Assembly (NCBI GenBank): GCA_005786775.1
Contig: SYDD01000055.1
Location: forward strand, 1 to 46,226
From: Opitutaceae bacterium
GTDB lineage: Bacteria > Verrucomicrobiota > Verrucomicrobiia > Opitutales > Opitutaceae
DNA: 46,226 nucleotides
Reading direction: 5' to 3'
The position numbers and the translations under genes are program-made. The notes beneath the pieces are model-generated. The model saw only the letters and a program-made list of their open reading frames with translations, was not told the DNA's origin and ran no database searches. Numbering within the stretch: position 1 is the stretch's first letter; each line of letters begins with the position of its first letter. Below are positions 1 to 11,600 of the stretch, one piece after another.

Positions 1-1404
1 CACGCGCTGATCGGCGAGAACGGTGCCGGCAAGAGCACGCTGATGAAGGTGCTCAGTGGGGCGCACCAGGCGGACGCGGGTGAAATGACGCTGGACGGCC
101 GCCCCTACCGGCCCGGGGGCCCGCCCGACGCGCGCCGCCGCGGGGTGGCGATGATCTACCAGGAGCTTACCCTCGCGCCGCACCTCTCCGCTCGGGAGAA
201 CATCTTGCTCGGGCTCGAGCCGGCCAGGGCCGGCTGGATCGACGTCGCGGCCGCGCGGGCGGCCGCGCGGGACGCGCTTGCCCAGTTGGGCCACGGCGAC
301 CTCGACCTCGAGCGCCCCGCCGGCGCCTTCGGCATCGCCGAGCGGCAGGTGATCGAGATCGCCCGGGCCCTGATCTGCCGGCCGCGGGTGCTGATCCTCG
401 ACGAGCCCACGAGCAGCCTCACCGGAGCAGACACCGAGCGGCTGTTCGCGGTGATCGCCCGCCTGCGGGACCAGGGGGTGAGCATCATCTACATCAGTCA
501 CTTTCTCGAGGAGTGCCGCCGCCTCTGCGACCGCTACACGGTGCTTAAGGACGGCGCCTCGGTCGGCTCGGGCCGGATGGCGGAGGTCACGCCGGACGAC
601 CTCGTCACGATGATGACGGGCCGCGAGGTGCGCGACCTCTATCCCCGCAACGTGCGGGCGCCGGGCGAGCCGCTCCTCGAGGTGCGGGCGCTGGTGGGCG
701 GGCCGCGCCTGCGGGGCGCGGACTGTGTGGTGCGGTCGGGCGAAATCTTCGGGCTCGCGGGGCTGATCGGCGCCGGCCGCACCGAACTGCTGCGGGCGGT
801 CTTCGGGCTGGATCCACGGAGCGCGGGAGTCGTCCGGTTCGGCGGGGAGGACGCGGCTGCCCGGCCGCGCGAGTGCTGGGCACAGGGGGCGGGTTTCCTC
901 AGCGAGGACCGCAAAGAAGAGGGCCTGCTGCTCTCGCAGCCCCTCGGCGACAACCTGACTCTGACTAAGTTGGGCGCATTCAGTCGGGCTGGGTGGATCG
1001 ATACGGGGCAGCAGTCTGCGGCGGCGGCGCGCTGGATCAAGGCTCTGCGGATCCGCTGTCTCGGTCCGGGCCAGCCCGTGGGTCAGTTGTCAGGCGGCAA
1101 CCAGCAGAAAGTGGCCCTCGCGCGGCTACTTGAGCACCCCGCGCGGATTCTCCTCTTGGATGAACCCACCCGCGGCATCGACGTCAGCAGCAAGGCCGAG
1201 ATCTACACGTTGATCGGCGAGCTCGCCGCGGCCGGCAAGGCCGTGGTCGTGGCGAGCAGCCACTTGCCCGAGCTTCTCGGGCTCTGCGACACGATCGGCG
1301 TCATGTGCCGGGGCTCCCTCGTCGCGGTGCGCCCGCGCGCCGCGTGGTCCGAGGCCGAGCTCCTGCGCGTGGCGACCGGCGCCGCCTCCCCCTTCTCCGG
1401 ATGA
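1..1404 (+). CDS. Sugar ABC transporter ATP-binding protein (RbsA/MglA-type, two NBDs), 5'-truncated by the window edge
   Basis: Frame 1 is open from base 1: HALIGENGAGKSTLMK (Walker A), ILDEPTSSL (Walker B), YISH. The second NBD has LSGGNQQKV and LLLDEPTRGID. Confidence 0.93.
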   Translation, partial: HALIGENGAGKSTLMKVLSGAHQADAGEMTLDGRPYRPGGPPDARRRGVAMIYQELTLAPHLSARENILLGLEPARAGWIDVAAARAAARDALAQLGHGDLDLERPAGAFGIAERQVIEIARALICRPRVLILDEPTSSLTGADTERLFAVIARLRDQGVSIIYISHFLEECRRLCDRYTVLKDGASVGSGRMAEVTPDDLVTMMTGREVRDLYPRNVRAPGEPLLEVRALVGGPRLRGADCVVRSGEIFGLAGLIGAGRTELLRAVFGLDPRSAGVVRFGGEDAAARPRECWAQGAGFLSEDRKEEGLLLSQPLGDNLTLTKLGAFSRAGWIDTGQQSAAAARWIKALRIRCLGPGQPVGQLSGGNQQKVALARLLEHPARILLLDEPTRGIDVSSKAEIYTLIGELAAAGKAVVVASSHLPELLGLCDTIGVMCRGSLVAVRPRAAWSEAELLRVATGAASPFSG

Positions 1405-2366
1405 ATCCCCGCCTAACCGCCCTGCTGGCCCGCCTCGGTCCCTTCCTTGGCCTCGTGCTGGTCACTGCGCTCTTCGCGCTTCCCGCGGAGACCCGCGAGC
1501 ACTTTCTCTCCTACGCGAACTTCAAGATCGTCCTCACCCAAACCGTCATCGTCGCCATCGGTGCCCTCGGGATGACACTCATTATCGTCAGTGGGGGCAT
1601 CGACCTTTCGGTCGGCTCCAGCATCGCGTGCACCAGCGTCGTCGGGGCCCTGCTGCTGCAGCGCGGCTGGGGGCCGTTTCCCGTGGTGCTCGCGATGGTC
1701 GGCGCCGGCGCCTGCCTCGGCCTTGTCAACGGCCTCTCGATCGCGCTGCTCCGGGTCGTCCCCTTCATCATCACCCTGGGCACGCTCGGGGTGGCGCGCG
1801 GCGGCGCCAAGTGGCTCGCGGACAATCAGACGGTCAACTACGACTCCTCGCCGATCAACGGATGGATGACCACCGCCGACCCGTTCGGGTACGCGCTGCC
1901 CGCGGGAGTGTGGGTGGCGGCGGGCCTTGCGCTGGTGATGGCTGCGGTGTTGCGCCGCACGGTCTTCGGCCGGCACGTCTTCGCGTTGGGTTCGAACGAG
2001 GCCGCGGCCCGCCTCTGCGGGGTTGAAACCGCCCGGCTCAAGGTGGCGATCTACGCTGTGGCGGGCGCCACCTTCGGCGCGGCGGGGGTCTTCCAGCTCG
2101 CTCGGCTGCGGCAGGGGGATCCGACGGTGGCCGTAGGGCTCGAGCTGGACATTATCGCGGCGGTCATCATCGGCGGCGCTAGTCTCAGCGGGGGCGTGGG
2201 CACGGTGCTCGGCTCGATGATTGGCGCGCTCATCATGGCCGTGCTCCGCAATGGTTCCCAGCAGATGGGCTGGCCGACCTACTTTCAGGAGATCATCATC
2301 GGTCTGGTCATCATCGTCGCGGTCTTCGTCGACCGGCTACGGCAGGACCGCGCGGTCACCGCCTGA
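1401..2366 (+). CDS. Sugar ABC transporter permease (RbsC-type)
   Basis: ATGA overlap with the upstream stop. Motifs GGIDLSVGS, PFIITLG, GSNEAAARLCG and ELDIIAAVIIGGASLSGG, plus many hydrophobic helices. Confidence 0.93.
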   Translation: MNPRLTALLARLGPFLGLVLVTALFALPAETREHFLSYANFKIVLTQTVIVAIGALGMTLIIVSGGIDLSVGSSIACTSVVGALLLQRGWGPFPVVLAMVGAGACLGLVNGLSIALLRVVPFIITLGTLGVARGGAKWLADNQTVNYDSSPINGWMTTADPFGYALPAGVWVAAGLALVMAAVLRRTVFGRHVFALGSNEAAARLCGVETARLKVAIYAVAGATFGAAGVFQLARLRQGDPTVAVGLELDIIAAVIIGGASLSGGVGTVLGSMIGALIMAVLRNGSQQMGWPTYFQEIIIGLVIIVAVFVDRLRQDRAVTA

Positions 2367-2421
2367 GCTGCCCCGTGGCCTCGGCATTGCCATCCGTAGC
2401 CGCCTCGCTTAGAGGAAAATA

Positions 2422-4494
2422 ATGCCGTCGCGTCCGCCCTTCCGCCATCCGACCAGAGTCCTGCTGGTCGATGACGAAGCGTTGGTCGCATCTGCCGTAA
2501 GGGCGGCGCTCGCAGACCTGACCGACCTCGAGTTCCACTTTTGCCAGGATTCGCGGCAGGCCCTTGCTGAGGCCCGGCGGCTCGGCCCCACCGTCATCCT
2601 GCAGGACCTGCTGATGCCGGAGGTTGACGGTCTCGAGCTCCTGCGGCGCTACCGTGAGGATGAGGTCCTGCGCGGGGTCCCCGTGATCGTGGTCTCTGCC
2701 AAGGAAGATGCACGGAGCAAGGCCCTCGCCTTCGAGCTCGGCGCCAGCGACTACCTCGTCAAGCTGCCCAACAAGGTCGAGCTAGTCGCGCGCGTGAAGC
2801 ACCATTCCGGCGCCTGCGTCAGCCGCCGCCAGCGCGACGAGGCGTTCGAGGCTCTGCGCGAGAGCGAGCAGGAACTAGGCGCCCGCAACGCGGAGCTCAT
2901 CGCGCTCAACGCCCGCCTCGAGGAGGCCACCCGCGCGAAGTCCGAGTTCCTCGCTAACATGAGCCACGAAATCCGCACTCCGATGAACGGAGTGATCGGG
3001 ATGACCGCGCTCTTGTTGGAGACTCCGCTCACCGGCGACCAGCGCACCTGTGTCGACACGATCCGCAGCTGCGGCGAGAGCCTGCTCACGATCATCAACG
3101 ACATCCTCGACTTCTCGAAGATCGAAGCGGGCCGTGTTGAGGTGGAACACCACCCCTACGACCTCCGGCAGTGCGTCGAGGATGCCTGCGATTTGGTGGC
3201 TCCGCGCGCTGCTGAAAAGGGCCTCGATCTTGTCGTCCTGATCGCTCCGGGCACCCCGGAGACCGTGATCGGAGACGGCACTCGCCTCCGCCAGATCTTG
3301 GTCAACCTCGCGGTCAACGCAGTTAAGTTTACCGCTCGAGGGCAGGTCGTGGTTGAGGTGCGAGCGGAGCCGGGGCCCGCGGCCGGCGGGGCAACGCTGC
3401 GCTTTGCAGTGCACGACACCGGCATTGGGGTCCCGGTGGACAAGCATGACCGGCTGTTCCGCTCGTTCTCGCAGGTCGATAGTTCCACGACGCGCCAGTA
3501 CGGCGGTACGGGCTTGGGCCTCGCGATCTGCAAGCGTCTCGCGGAGCTGCTCGGCGGGGGCATCGGCTTCGAAAGCAAGGAGGGCAAGGGATCCACGTTC
3601 TTCTTCCATGTGCAGGTACGTCTGGGTGAGCCGCAGCGCCCGCTCTGGCAGACTGCGACCGACTCGTTACGGGGCCGCCGAATTTTGGTGGTGGATGACA
3701 ACGCGGCGCAGCGCCGCCTCGTACGAGAATGCGCGGGGATCTGGCAGGCGGAGGTGGTAGAGGCCGCCAGCGTAGAGGAGGCCACCGGCCTGCTCGCTCG
3801 GACCGGCGGGCCCGCGCCGGATGTGGTGGTCATCGACGGGGAACTGCTGGGCGCGGATCCGGCCGCCGGTTTAGGTCGCTTCCGCGCCGGGGCGACCGCG
3901 GTACCGCCGATCCTCCTCTCCCTCCTGCGTCACCCACGGGCGGGAGAGCCGGGCGCCGGCGGCAGCGAGGTGTTCCTCGTCCGTCCGCTGCGCCCTGCGG
4001 TGCTTTACGAGTGCCTACTCCAACTGCTGGCGGAGCAGGCACTCCCCGCGGGCGGTGACGGGGCCGCCAGCCGTCTGCCGCGTCCGCTCGCCGCGCAGTT
4101 GCCGCTGCGCATCCTGGTGGCGGACGACAACACCGTTAACCAGATGGTTGTAGTGATGATGCTGAACCGAATGGGCTACGCCGCCGACGTGGTCGCCAAC
4201 GGCCTCGAGGTACTCCGGGCGCTGGAGGTGAAGGTCTACGACCTGATCTTCCTCGATATTCGGATGCCCGAGCTCGATGGCTACGACGTCGCCCGGCGGG
4301 TTCGTGAGCGCTGGGCCACCCAGCCTGCCGGTCGGCCGCGCCTCGTCGCCATCACTGGCAACGCGATGCAGGGCGAGCGGGAGCGCTGCCTCGAGGCCGG
4401 GATGGACGACTATGTCGCGAAGCCCTTCCGGCTGGATGACCTGCGCATAATGCTCCAGCGGTGGGGCCGTCGGCTGGTCTCAGGTAAGGCTTAG
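2422..4494 (+). CDS. Cytoplasmic hybrid histidine kinase: WspR-like REC - HisKA - HATPase - degenerate REC - REC
   Basis: N-terminal VLLVDD...ILQDLLMP...DYLVKLP. H-box [19 protein letters not shown]-box [15 protein letters not shown]-boxes DTGIG and [10 protein letters not shown]-terminal ILVADDN...IFLDIRMP...DYVAKP. Confidence 0.92.
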   Translation: MPSRPPFRHPTRVLLVDDEALVASAVRAALADLTDLEFHFCQDSRQALAEARRLGPTVILQDLLMPEVDGLELLRRYREDEVLRGVPVIVVSAKEDARSKALAFELGASDYLVKLPNKVELVARVKHHSGACVSRRQRDEAFEALRESEQELGARNAELIALNARLEEATRAKSEFLANMSHEIRTPMNGVIGMTALLLETPLTGDQRTCVDTIRSCGESLLTIINDILDFSKIEAGRVEVEHHPYDLRQCVEDACDLVAPRAAEKGLDLVVLIAPGTPETVIGDGTRLRQILVNLAVNAVKFTARGQVVVEVRAEPGPAAGGATLRFAVHDTGIGVPVDKHDRLFRSFSQVDSSTTRQYGGTGLGLAICKRLAELLGGGIGFESKEGKGSTFFFHVQVRLGEPQRPLWQTATDSLRGRRILVVDDNAAQRRLVRECAGIWQAEVVEAASVEEATGLLARTGGPAPDVVVIDGELLGADPAAGLGRFRAGATAVPPILLSLLRHPRAGEPGAGGSEVFLVRPLRPAVLYECLLQLLAEQALPAGGDGAASRLPRPLAAQLPLRILVADDNTVNQMVVVMMLNRMGYAADVVANGLEVLRALEVKVYDLIFLDIRMPELDGYDVARRVRERWATQPAGRPRLVAITGNAMQGERERCLEAGMDDYVAKPFRLDDLRIMLQRWGRRLVSGKA

Positions 4495-5567
4495 CGAACC
4501 GCCGCGGCGGCCGGGAGCTGGAGCTGGCTGAGGCGCAGGGAGGTTTTCGCGCGGACACGGCCCGTGCCGTCGCGCACCTGCAGGGCCACGCGCGGGTCGG
4601 ACTGCTGCCAGTCGATCTCGATCCAGCCGAAGTGATGGTCCATGCAGGCCTGACCGAGGCGGTTGCGGTTGGGCTCTAGGTTGTCCCACTCGGTGTTGAT
4701 CCCGCTCGCGGTGAGGTCGTGGAGAGGGTAGCACTTCGGCGCCTTCAACACCGAGATCTCGCCCCAGTGTACGTCGCCGGAGAGAAAGACGACCCCCTGC
4801 GCGCGCGTGCTCACGATCAGGTCCACCATCCGGTCGACCTCCCGGGGAAAATTGGTCCAAGACTCCCAGCCATTGTACTCGTGGGCAAACTGGATGCTCG
4901 TGCCGATTAGGCGCAGGTCGGCCGGCTCCTGCAGCCGCTCCCGCAGCCACGTCCATTGCTCCGCGCCGAGGAAGGTATTCTCCGGGTTGGAGTCGGGGCG
5001 GTAGTCATTCTTGTAGGAGGAATTGGTGTTCCGGGTCAGCGGGCTGCGGAAGGTGCGGGTGTCGAGGAGAATGACCTGCAAGGTGCGTTTTCCGGCCGGG
5101 TCCGTGAAACGGTAGCTGGTATGGATGCCCGGGCGCCCCCGGCGGGGACTGTCCGCTGGTTCCTGCCAGAAACGGAGGAAAACCTCCTTCGAAGCCTCCT
5201 TCATCGGATAGTCGCGCCCGCCGTCGTTCACCCCGTAATCGTGGTCATCCCAAGTCGCGATCATTGGCACCTCTGCGCGGAGGGCCGCAAACGTGGGCTT
5301 GGCCGCGACCTGGCGGTACTTGGCCTCGAGGACGGCCATGTCCTCCGTGTCTCCATACACGTTGTCGCCGAGCCAAATGAAGAGCTCGGGCTGGAGTTCA
5401 CGTACCATCTGAAGCACCGGTGCAGGGCGGTCCTGCTTCATGCACGAGCCGAGGGCGATCCGTGAGACGAGGGGATTTATGGCCGGAGCGGGCACGGGCG
5501 GCATGGCCCCGGTCGCGGCGGTGAAAGAGCTCAGAAACAAGCAGAAAAGGAGGGAACGGGTGCGCAT
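4491..5567 (-). CDS. phoD: Alkaline phosphatase D (PhoD) family metallophosphatase with signal peptide
   Basis: Motifs [25 protein letters not shown] and SGDVH. Start placed at ATG 5567 ([12 protein letters not shown]...). Confidence 0.85.
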   Translation of the reverse strand: MRTRSLLFCLFLSSFTAATGAMPPVPAPAINPLVSRIALGSCMKQDRPAPVLQMVRELQPELFIWLGDNVYGDTEDMAVLEAKYRQVAAKPTFAALRAEVPMIATWDDHDYGVNDGGRDYPMKEASKEVFLRFWQEPADSPRRGRPGIHTSYRFTDPAGKRTLQVILLDTRTFRSPLTRNTNSSYKNDYRPDSNPENTFLGAEQWTWLRERLQEPADLRLIGTSIQFAHEYNGWESWTNFPREVDRMVDLIVSTRAQGVVFLSGDVHWGEISVLKAPKCYPLHDLTASGINTEWDNLEPNRNRLGQACMDHHFGWIEIDWQQSDPRVALQVRDGTGRVRAKTSLRLSQLQLPAAAAVR

Positions 5568-5605
5568 CGGGGGGAGGACGGGGCTTCGGGCGCAGCCTTT
5601 CTTCC

Positions 5606-7339
5606 GTGCGGCCGCGATGCAATCCGAACCGCGCCGCACGCCAGGTCAGCGACGACTTGCCCGCGGCGGGCGGATCGCGCTTGCTCGTCGCCTCCTTGGA
5701 CACGCCCGCGTTGCCTCTTCTGCCGGATGTTGCGCCCGCCACTCGCCCCCACCGGGCGCGTTGGGCTGCCGCCGCCGTGTTGGTTGCGACGGCTACGCTC
5801 ACGGTGCTCGCCTTTCCGCCCTTCCGGGTGCCGGAGGCGGCGTACGCCGCGCTGTTTCCGGCCGTCTTCTGGGCCTATCACCGCCCCGCCTGGCGGCTCT
5901 ACTTGACCACCCTGTTCGCGGCCCAGGCGCTCGCCTGGACCGTGCTGCTCGGCTGGCTGCACCACGTCACTTGGCTCGGGTTGCTGCTGCTGGGGCCCTT
6001 TATCGGAGCGTGGGTCGGAGTCTGGTTCGTGGCGGTCCGCTGGGTGATGCCGCGCCTGCCGGGCCAGACCACCCCGGTACGCCTGCTGGCGGTGCTCGGC
6101 CTCGCGGGCGGCTGGGTGGTCGTGGAGTGGACGCGCTCTTGGCTGCTCGGCGGGTTCCCGTGGCTGCCGCTTTCCGCGAGCCAGTGGGAGCGAGTGAGCA
6201 TCTTGCAGGTGGCGCCCTACACGGGCGCCTACGGGATCTCCTTTGTGCTCGTGATGATGAACCTCGGCTTTGCCGCATACGCGCACCGGCTTTTCCGGGA
6301 GCGCGTGACCGGCATCAACAAGCGGAGCCAGGAGTTCTTCCTCGCCCTCTTCCTCCTCCTAGGTTGCGTCTCCCTGCACGTCACCGAAGCCTTCAATCGC
6401 CGCGGCCAGGCGGTTCCGATTGGGCGGGTCGCGATCGTGCAGCCCAAGATTCCGCAGGAGATTAAGTGGGACCCGCAGCGCGCGCCCGCCATCCTCGAAG
6501 TCCTGCGCGAGGTGACGCTCCAGGCCGCCGCTGGCCGGCCGGATCTCATCCTTTGGCCGGAAGCGGTGACGCCGCTTGCCGTCCGGGGGGACGAGGCGGT
6601 GCGGGCCTGGGTCGAGGGGCTGGTGCGCGAGGCCCGGGCGCCGCTGGTGCTAGGTTCGATCGCGGTTGAGCAACCCGGACAGCCCAGCGAATCCTGGCGC
6701 AACGGGGCTTTTCTGGTGACCCCCACCGAGGGTGTGGCGACGAACTATTACGTGAAGCGGCAACTGGTCCCGTTCGGCGAGTACGTGCCGCTGCGCCCAC
6801 TGATCGGCTGGATCGGCAAGTTCGTCCCCATCGGGGGGGACTTCGAGCCGGGTGACACTTCCGCGCCGCTGCTCACGCCGGTGGCCGGAAGCGCGTTGGC
6901 CGCCGGGCCGCTGATCTGTTACGAGGATATTTTCCCGGGGCTCGCGCGGGGCAGTGTCATCGGCGGCTCGGACCTGCTGGTGGTGCTGACCAACAACGGC
7001 TGGTTCGGTGAGGGCGGCGCCGCGGAACAGCACGCGGCCCACGCGGTGTTGCGCGCGGTGGAGACTCGGCGGCCCGTACTCCGGTGCGGCAACGCGGGCT
7101 GGAGCGGTTGGATCGACGAGTTCGGGATCATCCGCGCCCGGCTCACGGACGACGCCGGCAGCCTGTACTTCCGCGGTTTCCGGACCCTCGAGGTGACGCG
7201 TGATCCGCGCTGGGTGGGTCGCGCCACGCCGTATGTAGCGTGGGGCGACTGGTTCGTGCTCCTGAGCGCGGCGCTGGCGGCGGGCGCGGTGCTACTCCTG
7301 CGGACCGCGCCGCGGCCGCCTCCCGCCGGCGGCGCCTGA
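5606..7339 (+). CDS. lnt: Apolipoprotein N-acyltransferase (start codon uncertain)
   Basis: N-terminal TM helices with GGFPW. Nitrilase triad motifs WPEA, YVKRQLVPFGEYVP and ICYED, plus TNNGWF and RAVETRR. Confidence 0.92.
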   Translation: MRPRCNPNRAARQVSDDLPAAGGSRLLVASLDTPALPLLPDVAPATRPHRARWAAAAVLVATATLTVLAFPPFRVPEAAYAALFPAVFWAYHRPAWRLYLTTLFAAQALAWTVLLGWLHHVTWLGLLLLGPFIGAWVGVWFVAVRWVMPRLPGQTTPVRLLAVLGLAGGWVVVEWTRSWLLGGFPWLPLSASQWERVSILQVAPYTGAYGISFVLVMMNLGFAAYAHRLFRERVTGINKRSQEFFLALFLLLGCVSLHVTEAFNRRGQAVPIGRVAIVQPKIPQEIKWDPQRAPAILEVLREVTLQAAAGRPDLILWPEAVTPLAVRGDEAVRAWVEGLVREARAPLVLGSIAVEQPGQPSESWRNGAFLVTPTEGVATNYYVKRQLVPFGEYVPLRPLIGWIGKFVPIGGDFEPGDTSAPLLTPVAGSALAAGPLICYEDIFPGLARGSVIGGSDLLVVLTNNGWFGEGGAAEQHAAHAVLRAVETRRPVLRCGNAGWSGWIDEFGIIRARLTDDAGSLYFRGFRTLEVTRDPRWVGRATPYVAWGDWFVLLSAALAAGAVLLLRTAPRPPPAGGA

Positions 7340-7359
7340 ACCCAGGGTTCCCGGCCGGC

Positions 7360-8550
7360 TCAGCCCAGAGTGATCTCGCCCTGGGAAAGGCGCAGCAGGA
7401 AGAGTGCGGCGACCTGGGCCCGTGGCGCGATCGTATCGGTGCGGATGAATTCCCGGTTGCTGTGCAGGTGGTCGCCGATGGGCCCGAGGCCGTCGAGGTT
7501 GGGCAGCCCGTCGGCGGACAAAAAGTTGCCATCCGAGGCGCCACCGGTGTGCACCCAGTCGAACGGAGGCAAGCCGACCGTGGCGGCGGCGTCTCGCCAG
7601 GCGGCGAAGGCGCGTTCCTCCCGCGGCCCGCACTCCTTGGGCGGACGGTTGAACCCGCCCTTCAGCTCCAAGCGAAGGCCTTCCCGCTGGTTGATCGCGC
7701 CGGCGAGCTGTTCTAGGCGGTGCAGGAGAGCGTCGCGGTCGGCGGCGGTAGTGACACGCAGGTCGAGCTCAGCCGCAGCTTGGTCGGGTACCACGTTGGT
7801 CGCGGGGCCACCCCCGCGAATGTTGCCAACATTGACCAGCACCCCGGGCAGTTCCGCGGGGAGCCGGCTGGCGGCGAGGAGGAATTCGGCGAGCGCGAGG
7901 ATCGCGTTCCGCCCGTCGTTCGGAACCTTGGCGGCGTGAGCGGCGCGGCCGTGGGCCATGGCGATCATCCCGCCGGTGCCCTTCCGCGAACGCACGAGGT
8001 CCCCGTTCACACGCGCGGGTTCGAAGACGAGACCGAGGTGGTGCCGCGCGGCAGCCGCAGTGAACAGCGCCCGGCTGCCGTGCGAACCGGTCTCCTCATC
8101 CGGGGTGAGCAGCACCTCCCAGCCGAGCCGTTCGCCGGGGCCGGACGCCTCGAGCGCGGAGAGCGCGGCGAGTATCACCAACAGGCCGCCCTTCATGTCG
8201 ATCACACCGGGACCGCGAAGCGTCGTGGCGTCGAGACGGGTGCAGGTCTGAAATGGGTCGTCGGCCTCGTAGACCGTGTCGAAGTGACCGCTCAGCAGTA
8301 CTTGCACAGGTGCCTCCGGCCGAAGGCGCAGGCGCAGGGCCGCCGCGGTGCCGGGGCAGGGCGGCTCATCGATGGCGGCGGTCGGGAACGCGGCGGTGAA
8401 GTCCTGCCGGAGGACGGTGCGCATCCGGTCGAGCCCGGCGCGGTGGCCGGAGCCGGAATTCACGTTGGCCCAGCGCTCAAGCTGGTCGACGAGGGCCGGG
8501 GTGCGGCCGGGCAGGCCGGCGATCGGGGCGGGCAGGGCGGAATTAGGCAC
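7360..8550 (-). CDS. M20 family zinc metallo-hydrolase (glutamate carboxypeptidase/deacylase-like)
   Basis: Motifs GHFDTV, GPGVIDMKGG, PDEETGS, VFEP, GRAAHA, GGASDGN and HLHS. Confidence 0.88.
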   Translation of the reverse strand: MPNSALPAPIAGLPGRTPALVDQLERWANVNSGSGHRAGLDRMRTVLRQDFTAAFPTAAIDEPPCPGTAAALRLRLRPEAPVQVLLSGHFDTVYEADDPFQTCTRLDATTLRGPGVIDMKGGLLVILAALSALEASGPGERLGWEVLLTPDEETGSHGSRALFTAAAARHHLGLVFEPARVNGDLVRSRKGTGGMIAMAHGRAAHAAKVPNDGRNAILALAEFLLAASRLPAELPGVLVNVGNIRGGGPATNVVPDQAAAELDLRVTTAADRDALLHRLEQLAGAINQREGLRLELKGGFNRPPKECGPREERAFAAWRDAAATVGLPPFDWVHTGGASDGNFLSADGLPNLDGLGPIGDHLHSNREFIRTDTIAPRAQVAALFLLRLSQGEITLG

Positions 8551-8607
8551 GCGCGTCCCTACGCGCGCGGGCTCGTGGGCGCAAGTCGCGGCGGCGCGCC
8601 GGCCAGC

Positions 8608-11600
8608 TCAGAAGGTGCCCTTGAGCCCGACGGTCCAGAGCGACGCGTAGTCGATCCGCTGCCGGAATCGCGCCATGGACGGCGTGCTCGGCCCGTAAAT
8701 CTTAACGTCCTCGGTCGCGTCACCGACATTGCGGAAATTGTAGAAGAGAGAGATCCGTCCGCGCAGCAGGACCTCGCCGACCACGTCGACGTAGAGCCGC
8801 TTGGAGGTCCAGTTGAAGGTACCCGGCTCGATACTCGCCCCGGTCATGCGGTTGTTCCGTGCAAGGCCGCGGTAGTTCCAGTTCACCCGCACGTTGTACC
8901 GCGGGCGGGTGAGGCTCACCCCCCAGCTGCCGCTGCGGGGTACGAAACCGGGGAAGGAAAGCGTCTCGTCGCCGAGCACGCGCTGCGCACTGCCGTTGAC
9001 GAACACCTGCACCCCGCGCGCCCACGGGGGCAAAAACGTGAGGGCCTGCTTGTAGCTGAAGTCGAGCCCCTCCGTGCGCACGACGCCGGGCACGTTGTAC
9101 TGGGTCGCGACGTCGTACGGCCCATACTCCGAGGGATCGAGGCCGTACAGGGCGAGGAAGTCGGGCGTTGGCGCGAAGACGGTCGCGCCGAAGAAGTCGT
9201 CGATGGTGCGGCGGAACGCCCCGAGCGAGATCTGGCCTACACCCTCGAAGTAACGCTCGAGGCGGATGTTCACGGTGCGCGCGCTCCACGCCTTGATCCC
9301 GGCGTTGTTCAGGGTGAGCCGATTGCCGGCGGACGGTGGGTTGCTGGTGTCGGGCAGGGTGAATCCACCCGAGTACTGGATGAAGTTGGGCCGGCCGACC
9401 GAGTGGTAATACGAGGCGCGCGCGATCAGATGCTCCTGCAGGTTGTAGCTCGCGTTGAAGCTGGGGAAATACCGCAGGTACTCCTTCTCGGTGCGCGCGG
9501 CGCGGTCGAGGTAGGTCAACTGGGAGACGCCGAGGGCGTTGGTCGTCGGCACGATCAGCAGTGGCGCGCCGTTGGCGCCGCGCAGGATCTGGCCGCGGAG
9601 GTCCCGCTGGTAGTTTAGGGTCGGATCGCTCAGGGGCCCCTCGCCGGTCACGTTGGTCTGCTCCACCCGCACGCCGCCCACCAGCTTGAGCCGGTTCTGG
9701 AGCAGACCGAGGTCACCGCGCAGGTAGAGCGAGGAGATAAGCTCCTCGGAGCGCCGCGAGGCCGCGACCTGGTTGCGGTAGACAGTGTTGGCGACCTGGG
9801 TGTACTGGCCGGGATTGGCGACCCAGTTCTCGTACACCTTGCGGTTGCTGGGGGTCTCGAGGCGCGGGAAGCCGTAGGGCAAAATGCGCTGCGAGTAGAT
9901 CGGGTCGAAGAACGGCAGGGGCGAGTCGTCGCCGCCCGGGCCCGTGCTGCCGCGGCCGTCGCGGCCCACGTAGTTGAAGGTGCCCGTGCCGCCGCGGAGG
10001 TCCCGCATGCTCTGGCGCAGGTCAAAGCCCGCCTTCAGGGTGAACGGCAGGCGCGTGCCAAACGCGCGCCGCAGGCTCCCATAGGCCGAGCGCTGGCGGT
10101 CGATGTTCACGTCATCCTGCGTCGTCGTGGAGACCAGCGCGTAGGCGCCAAGCGCGTAAGGGTCCACCGGCTGGCCGGTCGCACCGTCGCGTACCGCGAT
10201 CTCGCCGGGACGCAGATAAAAGATTCGGCTGAAGTCGATGGTGACGTTTGAGCGCTGCAGGGTCACGTTGCGGAAATACCCCTGCCGGAGATCCGGGTTG
10301 CCGTCGTCCTGCAGCGAGTAGCCGAAGCCGAGGTCGCCGCGCCAGAACGGCCCGTCGTGGCGCCAGACAATCGTCGGCATCCGCGTCCGGTTGAAACGGT
10401 TCCGCTCCTGGTGTGCCGAGGTCAGCACCCCGGCCCCCGGCGTGCCCCGCACCGCGTCCACGCTGAACGCCCCTGGGGCGACCGCCCCGACATTAAAAGT
10501 CACGTTCGACACGACGTATTGCCCGTCGAAGGACGAGTACTGGAAGCCGAGGGTGACGCGGTCCCGCGGGGTGAATTTGTAGTCGAGGCTGATCCCGACG
10601 GAGCGGCGGGTGGTGACCTTCGGAGCGTCCTGGATCAGGTACTGCGATAGGTAAGGGTTGCCGGCTGTGGTGTGCGGGAAGGTCGTCCCATTGGTGGCGG
10701 ACTGGACGCCGCGCCAGGTCATCGTCGAGTTATCCTGGGGCGAGTAGTTGGTCGAGGTGCCCGCGGAGAGGGTGTAGCCGAAGCGGGAATTGACGGGCGC
10801 CACGTACGAGAAATCGAAGCCCGGATGCACATTCCGCGTGGGGCTGGGCTTGGGCCCGGGCACCTTGTGGAAGTCACGGGCGTTGTCCCGGAGGATCACA
10901 TAAACGCTCGCGTTCAGCACCGGCCGGGCGCGTTCAAATGCGCTGCGGGGCACCATATTCACCGAGCCGGCGAGGGCCGAGCCCTGCGACTCCGGGGTGG
11001 GGGAGTAGGAGATCTCGATTCGGGAGAGGTTGTTGATCGAGATCATGTCCGACTGGACGCTGCGGCCCGTGGTCGCGCCGGGCGCCGAGGCGATGCTGAA
11101 GCCGTCGAGCGTCACGGGCACGTTGTCCGCGGGCACGCCGTTGATGGAGATCTCGCGGGCGTTACCCCCGGTGTAATCGATGGTCACCCCGGGCAGGAAC
11201 TTCAGGAACTCAGCGACGTTGCCCTCGGCGACGTTCCCGAACTCCTCGGTCGAAAGCACATTCTTGATTTTCGAAGCGAAGCGCTGCTCGTTGATGGCGA
11301 GCGCCGAGGCGTCTATCTCCCGACTGGTCGCCACTCGGAACGCGTCCAATTGCACCGCGCTGCCCCCGAGGGAGACGTCGAGCCGCGCGGATTCGCCCGC
11401 GCTTACCTGGACTTGGAGGGTAACCGTCGGTAGACCGGTATAGAAGACGGATACCTGCGCTGCTCCCGCCGTCACGGGAGCCAACCGATAAAAGCCGCCT
11501 GAATCAGAAAACGCCTCCACTCCGGCAGTACCTAGTCTCACGCGCGCACCCTCCAGGAACTCTCCGGTACGGGCGTTCACGACACGCCCCTCGATGGATC

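Noticed and set aside
7720-9618. 632-aa plus-strand ORF
   Set aside because: It is antisense to the M20 hydrolase and TonB receptor and has no motifs. It is a typical shadow ORF of GC-rich coding DNA.
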